From: an uncultured archaeon
GTDB lineage: Archaea; Thermoproteota; Nitrososphaeria; Nitrososphaerales; Gagatemarchaeaceae
Direction of reading: 5' to 3'
NCBI GenBank assembly: GCA_963799775.1
Contig: CAWCYD010000003.1
Location: 512,001 to 576,000 of the forward strand
DNA length: 64,000 bases
Part shown: one piece after another, positions 51,425-61,901 of the stretch
How the letters are laid out: the number at the start of each line of letters is the position of its first letter
How positions within the stretch are numbered: the stretch's first letter is position 1
Made by a program: the position numbers and the translations under genes
The notes under the pieces: generated by a model
What the model was told of the DNA's origin: nothing
The model's input: only the letters and a program-made list of their open reading frames with translations
Databases searched by the model: none

Positions 51425-54400
51425 CTACGTGTGCTGGAAGGTCATGAACGCCGAGTTCACGTAGTCGGTCACGATTATGGTATAGTAACCAGCGGCAGCG
51501 GTGGGCACCTGGAACGTCGTCCCTGCAGGTATGTTGCCAGAACTGGTCATCGTGAACGTCTTGAGCGTCGTTATCACGCCCACCGAGTTCATCCATCCTA
51601 TCGTGGCCTTTGCGTTCGCGTTGAACCCGCACGGGCTAGTGCAGGTGACGGAGATGGTCGCGCTCGTGGCCCCTGCCTGCGGGGATGTGGCCGCGTTCGC
51701 GTTTGTGACGTATCCTGTAGGATAGGGGATGGTCGCGCCGAACAGGGTGTGGTCGCTGTAGATCCCGCTCAGCTCGAACGTGGCCTGGAACCCCGCTATC
51801 TCGTCCAGGAGGTCAGTCGTGGTCGCTAGCGGCGTCATCGAGCCGAAGTACATCGTCACCGGGGTGTCGTACGGCAGCGTCACAAAGTCCTGGCTGGAGT
51901 TGTAGGCGACGAGCCCCGTACCGTCGATGTTCACACCCTGTATTATGAAGAAGACCGTGTTCTCGAAGAACTCGTCCTCGTCCGTCCCCACGGTCAGCAC
52001 CGATGTCGGGAAGACGGTTATTGTGCGGTGCTCCGGGTCGAGGTTGGTGAAAGACTCGCTCCACTCCAGCTTTATGTTCTCGGGCACCGCCAGCGCCGGG
52101 TATCCTCCCACCTGCTGCCCGTTCTGGGGATTGACCAGCGCGCTCAAGGCGATGGCGGACTCCACCCAGGTCTCTGAAGTGCTAAGGGTAAAGGATGCTG
52201 TCTGAGCACCTGTCGCAGTAGTCAGCGACTCAGTGCACCCGTTCGAGGCGTCGCTCCCGTCACACCCACCGGATCCGGTCTTCACGCTGGTATAGCCGGT
52301 CCCGACGGTGTACGTGGTTGACGAGGAAAACGTTTCCACGCTGCCTATCATGATCGGGCCGCTGCCGGGCGGCGTGATCGAACCGACGGACGCTGATGTC
52401 GACCCTGTCGCTGAGCTCCCAGTCGAACTTTCCATTCCTGTAGTTGTGTATCCGGCGAGCTCGTAGATGGAGACGGTGCCTACCACCGTCGAGCCGAACG
52501 TCGCCTTTATCGAGTCGGTGCCTGAACCCGCCGCCGTAGCGTACCAGATGTAGGAGTAATAGGTCTGGGTCTTGGGGGCGAACGCCAGCGCGACCTCGAC
52601 CCAGGGAGAAATGGGGCTGATCGTCATCGGGACCGTGGTCGCGGAACCGACTCCGAGCTGGTATTCTCCGCACCCAGTCACCGATGGGGAACTGCACGTT
52701 CCGGACAAGGTGTAGCCTGACCCGACCGTGTAGCCGGTAGACGCACTCTCTGTGTTACCTATGACCACCGAGCTTGCGCTCGGGGTCATCGAGGTGACCG
52801 AGGTCGAACCAGAGTTCGAAAACGAGCTTCCGGTCTCGCTCAGGAGCCCTGTAGCCGTCACGCTGCTAAGCTCATAGATTGAGACCGACCCCGCCACAGA
52901 CTGCCCGAAGCTCGCCGAGATGGTGTCCGATCCGGTGCTCCCCGCCGTGGCGTACCACATGTAAGAATAGTACGTCACAGCTGTGGCCGGCGTGAATGAC
53001 ATGGCTACCTCGACCCATGGAGTTGAGGCGCTAATCGTGAACGGCACTGTCGTAGCGGACCCGAGGCCCGTGGCGTATTCGTTGCAGCCCTGGGAGGCGT
53101 GGCTCGCATCGCATCCTCCGGCACCTGTCGCCACCGTCGCGTAGCCGCCGCCAGCTGTGTACTCTGTCGAAGCCGAGCCTGTCTCCACGTTGCCTACCAC
53201 GAACGAGTTCGAGTTCGGCGTTATGGAGCTTACGCTAGAGGCTGTTGATCCAGCGGATGAACTGCCTGTCGACGAGAGTATGCCCGAGGTCGAGTACCCG
53301 GCTATCTCATAGATCGAGATCGAGCCGGCGACGGCCGAGGCGAAAGTCGCAGTCACTGTGTCGGCTGCGGAGCTCGATGCCGTCGCGTACCAGATGTATG
53401 ATTCGTACGTCGTTCCCCCGCTGAGCACGGAGAGGGAGGTGCCCACCACGAACGTGTCCCCGAGAGTGTCCGTCACAGAGGTGGGAGACGCCGTGCCCTG
53501 CACCAAAGTCCCCAATGAGGTGGACGGCATAACTCCATTCGGCGGGTAGGCCCGCGCTCGCCCCCAATTGTACTCCATGCTTGCAGTGGAGCCTGAGGCC
53601 GTGCTGAACAGAAAGCCAAGATAGAGGTGCCCCGCGGCAGAAATGGGGTTCACGTTCACGACGCCGCTGTAGCCGTTTGTCGTCGAGTATAGCTGGGGAG
53701 CAACGTACCCGCTGTACCACGTCGAGGTGGTCCCAGGGTAAGACACTGAACCGAACTGCCATGCGGTGGAAGCGCTTCCCTGAGGGTTGACGTCTGTGGT
53801 TGCCGCCCCGCCTGTCACGTAGTCTTGGTTGAAGTACGCGCTGTTGTAGCCGTTGTTGGTCCCTATCGCGTTCTGGACGCTTCCTGCTGCGGAATTGTCA
53901 ACCAGACCGGCGGTGCCCGAGTCCGTTCCCGTCTTGGAGTTCTCGAAGTTGCTCTCGACCACTGTCCCCGTCGTCGTCATCTGAGTGCTGAAGACGAGAG
54001 GCGTTTCACTGGTGCCGTAGCCCGTCAGCTTGATCGCGGAGATGGTGCCTGCGCCGTAGGTCACGCCTGTGGCCTGCGCCAGTGCGTAAGACTGGCCTGC
54101 GACGAGAGAGAAGCTACCGGTGGCGGTGTTGCCGTTGAAGTACGAGTTGAAGACGTTTGCTCCGTTGTCGTACTGGCCGTACGTCGAGGTCAGGTTGGGA
54201 GCCTCTCCCCAGTAGTTGTCGTCGAAGTTCACGTTCGTGGATTCGAAGACAAGATAGACCGTCAAAGTCCCTCCGTTGCCCGCAATCGAGGATGTGAGCT
54301 TCACCCATGCGTTCGCGGAGGTGGAGCTGGAGCCGCTGGTGCTGCAGGTGCTCGAGCACGACTCGAGCCACGCGTAGAGGGGAGTGTTGCAGGCGTCGTC

Positions 54401-57046
54401 TGCACAGAAGCGGACGTTCCCCAAGTTCGTCGCCTCGTATGTCGAATATGAAGAGGGGTTCCAAGACACGAGTTCCTGGAACGTGGTCGGGGTGGCCGTC
54501 GCTGGCGCCGCCTGGATGGCGTCCGCGGTCATCATCCAGTTGTCGGACGAGTCGGTGGCAGTTCCGAACGACTCGGTGACGGTCGTTTGGGTGGTTGTAA
54601 CCGTCTTGTATTGGACCGCGGCCTCTGAACCCCCGCTGCCGCCTGTATTCTTCTGGACTTGAATCAGGCTGTATCCGGCACCCCCTGTCTCCGTCGGAAA
54701 GCTTGAGTCAGAGGTCGTCGTGAGCCCTGCAAACCCAAGGATCATATCGTTCGCATTGCTCGTGGAGATGCCAGTCACGGAAGGTGTTCCCGCCGTTGTG
54801 GCCGTCGCGCTCTTCGGCAGCGCTACGTTCGCGTCCCACGGGGTCACTATGTTCGCGCCGTTTACGCCGAGCGCCACTATCGAGCAGTCGTCCGTGGACC
54901 CTGAAAGCGTGACCGTGATCTGCACTGAGGAGAGCGCCAAAGGAGAGTATGCCCACCAAACTTCCCCATCGGAGTACGGGGAGGAACTGATAGAGCTCGT
55001 CGACCTGTGTGCGAAGGACAGCCCGGTCGCAGTTACGCTGCTCACCGACCTGACCGAAGCGTGCGTGGTGTCCTCGTTGGCTACATAGACTAAGATGATG
55101 TCGTTCGAGTCCGCAGTCGAGAGGGTGACATGGCCCGAAGTGGCAGTGGAGAACGAACCAGTCGCCGAACCGTCAAGGAAATGACCCGGAGTTGCGCAAC
55201 TGGAGGAGGCGGCCTGGATCGCGTCCCCAATCATCGTCCAGTTGGTGTTGGCGACTCCGAACGACGCAGAGACTCCCGCTTGGGTCGAGCTTACCAGCTG
55301 ATACTCGGCCGCCACCTCGTCGGCACCAGTGCCTCCCGAGTTCACCTGTGTCTGTATCAGGGTGTATCCGGAGCCCGCGGTCTCGGTGGAAGGGGCACCT
55401 GCGCCCGGAACGGAGTCCCCGTTCACTCCGAACAGGATGTCTGCCGCGTTGCTCGTGGAGATGCCGCTCACCGACGGGGCTTGAGATGCGGTGTTGCTGT
55501 TGTAAGCGGGTATCGCGCCGTTGGTGTCCCAAGGGGTGCTCGTGTTTGCACCGTTCACTCCAAAGGCCACTATAGATGCGTCGTCGATGGAGCCCGTCAA
55601 GGTCACGGTTATCGAGGCGGATGACAGGGTCGATGATGCCAGCGCCCACCAGACCTCGGTGTCTTCATAGGGCGCAGAGTTCTGCGTGACTGCCGATCTG
55701 TTGTGGAAGGTGAGGCCTGTCGACGTCACCCCGCTCACGGTCCTTAGCACGCCGTTCGCGGTGTTCTCGTTGTTCACCGCGACCACTATGATGTCGTTCG
55801 TCTTGCCCGTGGTCAGCGTGACGGCACCCGTGTTCGTGCTCGAGAAGGAACCTGTGGCGCTCCCGTCGATGGATAGCGACGACGACAGCAACTGGCAGTT
55901 CGTTATGGTCACGGGCACGTAGTTGTATGGCGTCGTGGTTGGCCAGCCGAGCCCGTAGACGAGAGTATTGCCGTAGGTGACAGCCGAAGAGTACGCCAAG
56001 GCGCACGTCGCGGCGTTGCAGTTCGCAAGGTACCTATGCTGGACGACCGACGGAGACGGTGGGTTGTAGGTCACAGACTGCGACGCTCCCAGCGTGAACG
56101 CATCGTTGAAGGTGTCAGTGGGCGCAGAAGGGGCAGCCTCGTTGGCCCATCCCAACCCGAAGACCAGGGTGTCGCCCGATGATACCGCCGAAGAATAGGC
56201 CAGCCCGCACGCCGCCGCGTTGCAGTTCGAAGTGTATCTCTCCTGTACGAGCCCCGGGCTGTAGGTGTGTATGACGGAGTTCGAGGCGCCCAGGGTGAAG
56301 GTAGAACCGAGGGTGTCGGTCGGGGTGGATGGGGGACTCTGCCCATACCAACCTAGTGCGTAGAGCAACGTGTCCGCCACGGTCACCGCCGAGCCGTACG
56401 AGAGTGAGCATTGGTTCGAGTTGCAGTTCGCGGTGTAGCCTTTCTGCACTATCGACGTCGGCTCCGCGTTCAGGGCGTGCCACCTGAACTGGTTGAGGTT
56501 GACCACAACGGACTCGCTCGATGCTGCGTTGTTCACGTTGTTCGCGACCGTGGCCGGGTAGGTCTGGGAGAACGTGTTCCCCCGAGCCGTGAGCACTATC
56601 ACTTCGTCCACTCCGCTGACGTACAGATACCCGGTGTCGAATATCGCCGATCCGCTGCCTACGTTGACGACGCTCCATAGCGTAGGGGTCGTGTTCCCGC
56701 AGGACGCGGAGGCAGGCTGACCGACCCCGTCGCACTTCAAGAGAGCGCCCGTCTGAGATTGGACGTATACGGCAGTCATGTTGATGACAACGCCCGAAGT
56801 GTTATTCACGTAGAACCCTACGTCCCCGTTGGGTTCCAGAGTCGTAGTGACCTGGAGGCTCTCGGCAGAGGCTCCTTGCAGCTTGTTGGTTGCGCCGACG
56901 AGGTTCTGCGCGTAGGATGCGTTCAGGTTGTTCACGAAGATGAAGTACGACGTTCCGACGGTGAACAGGATCGCAAACATGATGATCGTCGCGATGATGC
57001 CTGCGATACCCCTCCTCCTGCGCCGTGCTATCGGTCCCATCTTCAT
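51425..57046 (-). CDS. Giant (1873 aa) type IV pilin-like adhesin with nested beta-sandwich repeats and a DUF2341-like domain
   Basis: Class III signal RRRRRG|IAGIIATIIMF; Ser/Thr/Gly-rich repeats; downstream of a pilin gene. Confidence 0.85.
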   Translation of the reverse strand: MKMGPIARRRRRGIAGIIATIIMFAILFTVGTSYFIFVNNLNASYAQNLVGATNKLQGASAESLQVTTTLEPNGDVGFYVNNTSGVVINMTAVYVQSQTGALLKCDGVGQPASASCGNTTPTLWSVVNVGSGSAIFDTGYLYVSGVDEVIVLTARGNTFSQTYPATVANNVNNAASSESVVVNLNQFRWHALNAEPTSIVQKGYTANCNSNQCSLSYGSAVTVADTLLYALGWYGQSPPSTPTDTLGSTFTLGASNSVIHTYSPGLVQERYTSNCNAAACGLAYSSAVSSGDTLVFGLGWANEAAPSAPTDTFNDAFTLGASQSVTYNPPSPSVVQHRYLANCNAATCALAYSSAVTYGNTLVYGLGWPTTTPYNYVPVTITNCQLLSSSLSIDGSATGSFSSTNTGAVTLTTGKTNDIIVVAVNNENTANGVLRTVSGVTSTGLTFHNRSAVTQNSAPYEDTEVWWALASSTLSSASITVTLTGSIDDASIVAFGVNGANTSTPWDTNGAIPAYNSNTASQAPSVSGISTSNAADILFGVNGDSVPGAGAPSTETAGSGYTLIQTQVNSGGTGADEVAAEYQLVSSTQAGVSASFGVANTNWTMIGDAIQAASSSCATPGHFLDGSATGSFSTATSGHVTLSTADSNDIILVYVANEDTTHASVRSVSSVTATGLSFAHRSTSSISSSPYSDGEVWWAYSPLALSSVQITVTLSGSTDDCSIVALGVNGANIVTPWDANVALPKSATATTAGTPSVTGISTSNANDMILGFAGLTTTSDSSFPTETGGAGYSLIQVQKNTGGSGGSEAAVQYKTVTTTQTTVTESFGTATDSSDNWMMTADAIQAAPATATPTTFQELVSWNPSSYSTYEATNLGNVRFCADDACNTPLYAWLESCSSTCSTSGSSSTSANAWVKLTSSIAGNGGTLTVYLVFESTNVNFDDNYWGEAPNLTSTYGQYDNGANVFNSYFNGNTATGSFSLVAGQSYALAQATGVTYGAGTISAIKLTGYGTSETPLVFSTQMTTTGTVVESNFENSKTGTDSGTAGLVDNSAAGSVQNAIGTNNGYNSAYFNQDYVTGGAATTDVNPQGSASTAWQFGSVSYPGTTSTWYSGYVAPQLYSTTNGYSGVVNVNPISAAGHLYLGFLFSTASGSTASMEYNWGRARAYPPNGVMPSTSLGTLVQGTASPTSVTDTLGDTFVVGTSLSVLSGGTTYESYIWYATASSSAADTVTATFASAVAGSISIYEIAGYSTSGILSSTGSSSAGSTASSVSSITPNSNSFVVGNVETGSASTEYTAGGGYATVATGAGGCDASHASQGCNEYATGLGSATTVPFTISASTPWVEVAMSFTPATAVTYYSYMWYATAGSTGSDTISASFGQSVAGSVSIYELSSVTATGLLSETGSSFSNSGSTSVTSMTPSASSVVIGNTESASTGYTVGSGYTLSGTCSSPSVTGCGEYQLGVGSATTVPMTISPISPWVEVALAFAPKTQTYYSYIWYATAAGSGTDSIKATFGSTVVGTVSIYELAGYTTTGMESSTGSSATGSTSASVGSITPPGSGPIMIGSVETFSSSTTYTVGTGYTSVKTGSGGCDGSDASNGCTESLTTATGAQTASFTLSTSETWVESAIALSALVNPQNGQQVGGYPALAVPENIKLEWSESFTNLDPEHRTITVFPTSVLTVGTDEDEFFENTVFFIIQGVNIDGTGLVAYNSSQDFVTLPYDTPVTMYFGSMTPLATTTDLLDEIAGFQATFELSGIYSDHTLFGATIPYPTGYVTNANAATSPQAGATSATISVTCTSPCGFNANAKATIGWMNSVGVITTLKTFTMTSSGNIPAGTTFQVPTAAAGYYTIIVTDYVNSAFMTFQHT

Positions 57047-57053
57047 TTCAGGG

Positions 57054-57650
57054 TCACCGGGTCGCCGAGTGGGTCACGACGTTGCCGTATAGTCCGGTGA
57101 CGACTACCGAGTAGGTCGTCCCCGAGACGAGGCTGTAGCCAAAGGACGGGCAGTTGGTGACCGTTCCTGGGATGGTCAACGTGTAGATCTGCGCGTCAGA
57201 GCTCTTCACGTCGGTCCCCGAGACGGTGGGAACCTCGTAGGCTGACGCAGCCGTCTTGCATTTTGTGGCAAGACTACTCGAGAGGTCGTACACGTAGTCC
57301 GTCTTGACGCCTTGGGCGTTGGTGGTGTAGTTGTAAAGGAGGTTGATGGTCCCCGACGGGCCGAAAAATCGAACAGAGTACGCCTGATACGTCAGCGCGC
57401 CCGTGTTGTAGACCCAGAAGGTCGTAGAGGTCGCGGCGCTGTAATATTGGTCGATTACGTTGAAATGTTCGGCAAGATAGTTGTTGGTTCCTACCACTCC
57501 GTTCTGCAGTGCCAGCTCGCTGACCGCCGATTGAGACCTGACAAAGCTCCAAGCGGCAGCGCCCGCGATCAGCGTCATAGCAATAGCTAGCATCGCCCCT
57601 ATTGTCTCTGATACGGCAACGCGCCTGTTCTTACGACTAGAATACCTCAA
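57054..57650 (-). CDS. Archaeal type IV pilin
   Basis: Class III signal KNRRVA|VSETIGAMLAIAMTLIAG; VYNTG motif. Confidence 0.85.
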   Translation of the reverse strand: MRYSSRKNRRVAVSETIGAMLAIAMTLIAGAAAWSFVRSQSAVSELALQNGVVGTNNYLAEHFNVIDQYYSAATSTTFWVYNTGALTYQAYSVRFFGPSGTINLLYNYTTNAQGVKTDYVYDLSSSLATKCKTAASAYEVPTVSGTDVKSSDAQIYTLTIPGTVTNCPSFGYSLVSGTTYSVVVTGLYGNVVTHSATR

Positions 57651-57871
57651 GATTTGGCGATTTTTGCCCTTCCATCTATATTATCGGTTATGGACTTACA
57701 ATCTGTATCTCTGCTCGCCCATTCTTACAAGAAAACGCTGCTTGCGGGTTGCGTGCGGCGAAGAGCGCGTATCAGACTTGGTAATATCGGATAAGGATGT
57801 TAGCGGTTGCATGAACTATTTCATAAACTATATATGGATACACTAACACTCTTCTATGTGACGAAAACAGA

Positions 57872-58210
57872 ATGACATACCTGCAAAAATCGGCGGGCGT
57901 GGCGCAAATGGATCAGACATCTGTTCGAAAGACGGTGAACAGGAGATCGCAGCTCGAGATCAGGATGGACATCCTGCGGGCAATCATGGAAGGGGCGGAA
58001 GGACCGACTCAGATCATGTACAAGGCGAACCTCTCCTGGATCCTGCTTTGCGACCACTTGACGGCCCTTGGAGAGCAGGGGTTCGTAGGCGAAAAGAGCG
58101 TCGGCAACAGGAAAAAGTACTCCTTGACCGGTAAGGGCATCGAGATCGTCGGAGCCTATCTTAACTTGATAAGGGAGATAGTCTTTGACACGGCCGCGGC
58201 TCCGATGTAG
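57872..58210 (+). CDS. Winged-helix (HTH_45/ArnR1-like) regulator, divergent from the pilin operon
   Basis: RRSQLEIRMDIL..GAEGPTQIMYKANLSW..YSLTGKG. Confidence 0.85.
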   Translation: MTYLQKSAGVAQMDQTSVRKTVNRRSQLEIRMDILRAIMEGAEGPTQIMYKANLSWILLCDHLTALGEQGFVGEKSVGNRKKYSLTGKGIEIVGAYLNLIREIVFDTAAAPM

Positions 58211-58279
58211 AGTCAAAAAGCAGCTCAAGCAAAGCAAAGCGAATGCAACGGGCATTCGGTTGAAAGGTTAATATCCCGA

Positions 58280-58546
58280 ATGAGGGGCAACAAGCCCGGC
58301 TACGGAATGGGCGAAAGCGAAACAGCCCCTGGGTCTTACATAATTTGCAATATCTGCAATAGGGACTTTCGCGACCGAACCGAGCTGATCGAGCACCTCC
58401 GCACCGAGCACGAGATCCTCGAGCTCGCGTCTTACACCGCGGCGACCATGGCGGCCGAACAGGAGCGCGACAGGACCGCGGCAGAGTTCAGGAGGAGGTT
58501 CGAGCTGCTAAAGAGGGAGCTCGCCGGACACACCGAGCAGCGCTAA
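58280..58546 (+). CDS. C2H2 zinc-finger protein
   Basis: CNICNRDF....L..HLRTEH classical C2H2 spacing. Confidence 0.75.
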   Translation: MRGNKPGYGMGESETAPGSYIICNICNRDFRDRTELIEHLRTEHEILELASYTAATMAAEQERDRTAAEFRRRFELLKRELAGHTEQR

Positions 58547-58593
58547 GAGCGTCTAGCCTTTATTAAGGCCCTGACGTGGAAGTCAAATTCCGC

Positions 58594-58824
58594 ATGGCCG
58601 ACGAGCCTATCATCGACATGACCAAAGTCTCCGACAAGGGGCAGGTTGTCATCCCCAAGGAGATCCGTGATAAGTTAAAGTTCAGCGAAGGCTCGAAGCT
58701 CCTCGTGATAGCCACAGAAGACGCCGTGATACTTCAGAGGATCGAGACGGTGGCTGGCAAGATGCGAGTCAAGGACATAATGGACAAGGTCAGGTCCATC
58801 GCGAGCAAGATCTCTCTCGGCTAG
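58594..58824 (+). CDS. AbrB/MazE/SpoVT-family DNA-binding protein
   Basis: TKVSDKGQVVIPKEIRDKL..EGSKL. Confidence 0.88.
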   Translation: MADEPIIDMTKVSDKGQVVIPKEIRDKLKFSEGSKLLVIATEDAVILQRIETVAGKMRVKDIMDKVRSIASKISLG

Positions 58825-58869
58825 TGCCGAGGGTTCGGATGTCTAGGATTCTGGTTTGCGGGCGCAGAC

Positions 58870-59076
58870 CTACTGAGTTATCTCGTCGCCGAGCCCGTGT
58901 TCCTTTTGCAGATGCTCACGGTATGTCGATTCGTCTCTCGGCGTCATCTTGGCCAGGCTGGGATAGATGTTCAGCACAAACCAGCAGAACGAGCAGCTGG
59001 TGCTCGAGTGTGCCTTTGCCTGGACATCAACTGAGTATGCCTTCTCTGCCTCTCTTCCTGGAGCCTGAGCCGTCAT
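58870..59076 (-). CDS. Small CxFC/HxxxH zinc-finger protein
   Basis: MTAQ..AKAHSSTSCSFCWF..HLQKEHGLGDEI. Confidence 0.75.
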   Translation of the reverse strand: MTAQAPGREAEKAYSVDVQAKAHSSTSCSFCWFVLNIYPSLAKMTPRDESTYREHLQKEHGLGDEITQ

Positions 59077-59185
59077 TGTCGAAGGGGAAGCCGTCGACGA
59101 GCTACTTGTCGTTTCTAGCCCAAACCCCCATGACAAACAGCTCGCCGTCTGGAAATCGGCTACGACCCGCCATCCGGGTATGTGC

Positions 59186-61812
59186 TTACTCCAGGGACGT
59201 GTCGAAGTCTTCCTCGCCGGAGCCGCCCTTGCCTCTGCGCCTCCTGACAAGGAATATGGCTGCCACCGCGCCGCCAGCGCCGCCGATGGGAAGAAGCAGC
59301 ATGGGGAAAGTGGTGAGCTGCTGCGTAAGCGTGGGCTTTGGCTTCAGAGCGTGCTTGGGTGGTGGAGGAAGGCTGACCTTCACCGTGAAATTGAGGGTCT
59401 TGGTGGAGAGACCATATGGGACTGTCACGGAAACGATAGCTGTGCCGACCTTGTTCGGCTTGTATATTGCGGTTGAGGAACCCTGAGCGTCTGTAGTTCC
59501 ATTCACCTGCGGTGTTCCTGTCGGGGCAGCCGTCGTGGTGGATCTTGTGGAGGTCGTGTTGGTCTCGGTCGTGCTGGTTGAGCTGTTGGAGGGAGGCGCT
59601 GCGAGGACCACGTTGCCGATGGATGCCTTCCAGAGCACCTGAGCGCCAGCATTGGGCAGGCCGTCCACTAGGAGGCTCACTGATATGACGGCCGATTGGT
59701 TCGTAAAGATCGCGGCGGGGCACTCCGGTAATAGTCGCCTGAGTTGGGAAGGGGAGGAACGTGACGGAGACGAGGGCGATCGCCAGGCCCGGAACAGAGA
59801 TAGTCAGCGTCGTGGTGCCTGGGACTCGCGGTTGCAGAGGCACGTACACAAAGTCTTGTCCGAGGCCAACCGAGGCGCTCGTCACTTGCGATATCACGGT
59901 GCTGTTCGAGGACGTAAGAGTCATGTTCATCGGAGCTCTTGCTCGCGCCGGATTCCCGGCTGAATCGGTGAGCTGGACGGCAATCGAGGAATAGAGATTG
60001 GAGGCTTTGGGGCTGAAGATGAGAACATTCAAGTCAGGCACCTCCGGCCGATATCGCGGATGGAGCAGGGATTACAGCCTCGACACCCACGGTGGAGCTT
60101 GTGGTGCCGCTCGTGAAGGAAGAGACAAGTGCGGTGACATTGGACCCGCCCTGCAGAAACCCTGTGGTGACGTTGAGGACAGCGAACGTCTGACCGGCCG
60201 GAATAACGGCATTGCTGACTCCGATGATCTCACTTTGAGACGACGTGAGGCTGACCGGGACGTCGGAGGCAGCGATCGCCGGATTGCCAAGGGCATCCTC
60301 CAACGAGAGTTCCAGTGCTGGATGTGACGCTCCGTCAGCAGGAAGATTCCCAGAGATTGCGCTAACGACAACTTGTGCTGGAACAGAACCATAGGTCTGA
60401 AGGGGAGTCTGGGCCGGCAGCATGTTCTGGGCAGAAGCAGTCAGCTGGGTTGTCCCGACTTGATAGGTTGAGGTGAAGGTGACAGCCGCCCAGTTTTGGC
60501 CCTTTGGAATAGCGAAAGTGATGGTGGTAAAGTTACCCACGCCTGTGATCGACGACGTGAGGGTGATCTCGGTCGGTCCAGTGTCGTTGACGGCGGGAGC
60601 CCCGCTGAGTACCGCCTGGAGCGAGACGACTACTGAGCTGTACGACCGATGATCGGCCAAGACTGGATTGGGCCCAGCATAAATCTGCAGCTGACAGCTT
60701 GACGATGGCCCAGTCTTGCAGTATGTGGGGCTGATTACGGTAGGTGAGGTCACCGTGATTGTGGCGAAGCTGGATTGCAATCCTGGAGAACTCGCGGTGA
60801 CTTCAGCCTCATCGGGGGTCGAACCCACTATCGATGTCGCAGTTACCGTGAAAGTAGCGATGGCGGTTATGTTTCCTTCCTTGATTGTCGTCGTTTCCGT
60901 TGCATTTACGACGGCAAGATCAGAGCTTCGAATCTGCACCTGGATATCCCTGGTTGCCCTGGTCGGGTTGCCGTTCGAGTCGGTGAGTGCCACTACAAGT
61001 CTTCCATTACAAGAGGTGACGTTGTTCGTGCATGCAGGCATGAAGCTAGGCTGTGCCAGCATCTTGAGTGTCAGAGGAGGAGAACCCAACACCGTTATGG
61101 CGACGGCTCCGGAACCGAAGCCCGGCGCAGTGGCTGTGATGAAGGCAGAACCGGGGACAAACCCGCTGGTGTAGTTCAGTTCCCGCAGATACTCTCCCTG
61201 CTTCATCACTGTGGATGCTGCTGTGACGTTCACGACGTTTGAGTTTGAAGAATAAAGCGATATGGGGACATCATCTATCGCCTTCGCCGGCAGTCCTAGA
61301 TCGTCCACCAGCTGAAGAACAACGAAACCAGTGCTGGCTGCGCTCGCTGGAACGATGTTCGGCACCGCGCTGACCACCAGGCGCGTCGGATAGCCGACCG
61401 CGACCACGGTGGTGACCGAGGTCGAAGCTGTCTGCAGACCTGTAGTCGTCGCCGTGATAGTTGTGACACCAGGAGTGTGCGTCGTGGTAAAGTTCGCAAC
61501 CGCATAAGCATCGTCGGCGGGTATCACGACCTGATTCGTCACCTTCCCCACGTTTGCGGTCGACGAAGTGAGAGAGATGTCGAGGTCGGTCAGCGCCACA
61601 GTAGGCCTGCCTGATCCGTCGACGACAGAAACGATGATTGCCGGGTAGGTGTTATTGTCGGCAGGTAGCTTCGAGGGTATTGGAGAGACAGCAAGGGATA
61701 GCGGAGCGCGTCCCGTGGCAGCTGATGTTGCATCTCCCATAGGAATCGTTCCCATTGCTATCAGAGAGGCCAGAAAGATGCAAATGCCAAACCTGACCGA
61801 ATTACTTCGCAA
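59186..61812 (-). CDS. Large surface protein with invasin/Ig-like repeats and C-terminal TM (3 fragments)
   Basis: Signal peptide; repeated LPAD..V.L.D..G.P..A..I.LTSS..G...ITA units; anchor AVAAIFLVRRRR. Confidence 0.75.
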
Positions 61813-61901
61813 CTATTTCGCAAAACAAGCGCTTATGATGATATTTAGACATGGTAGATGTCGTAGTCCAGATTTGGAATCCATCGCTAAGGGCGGTCTG
61901 G

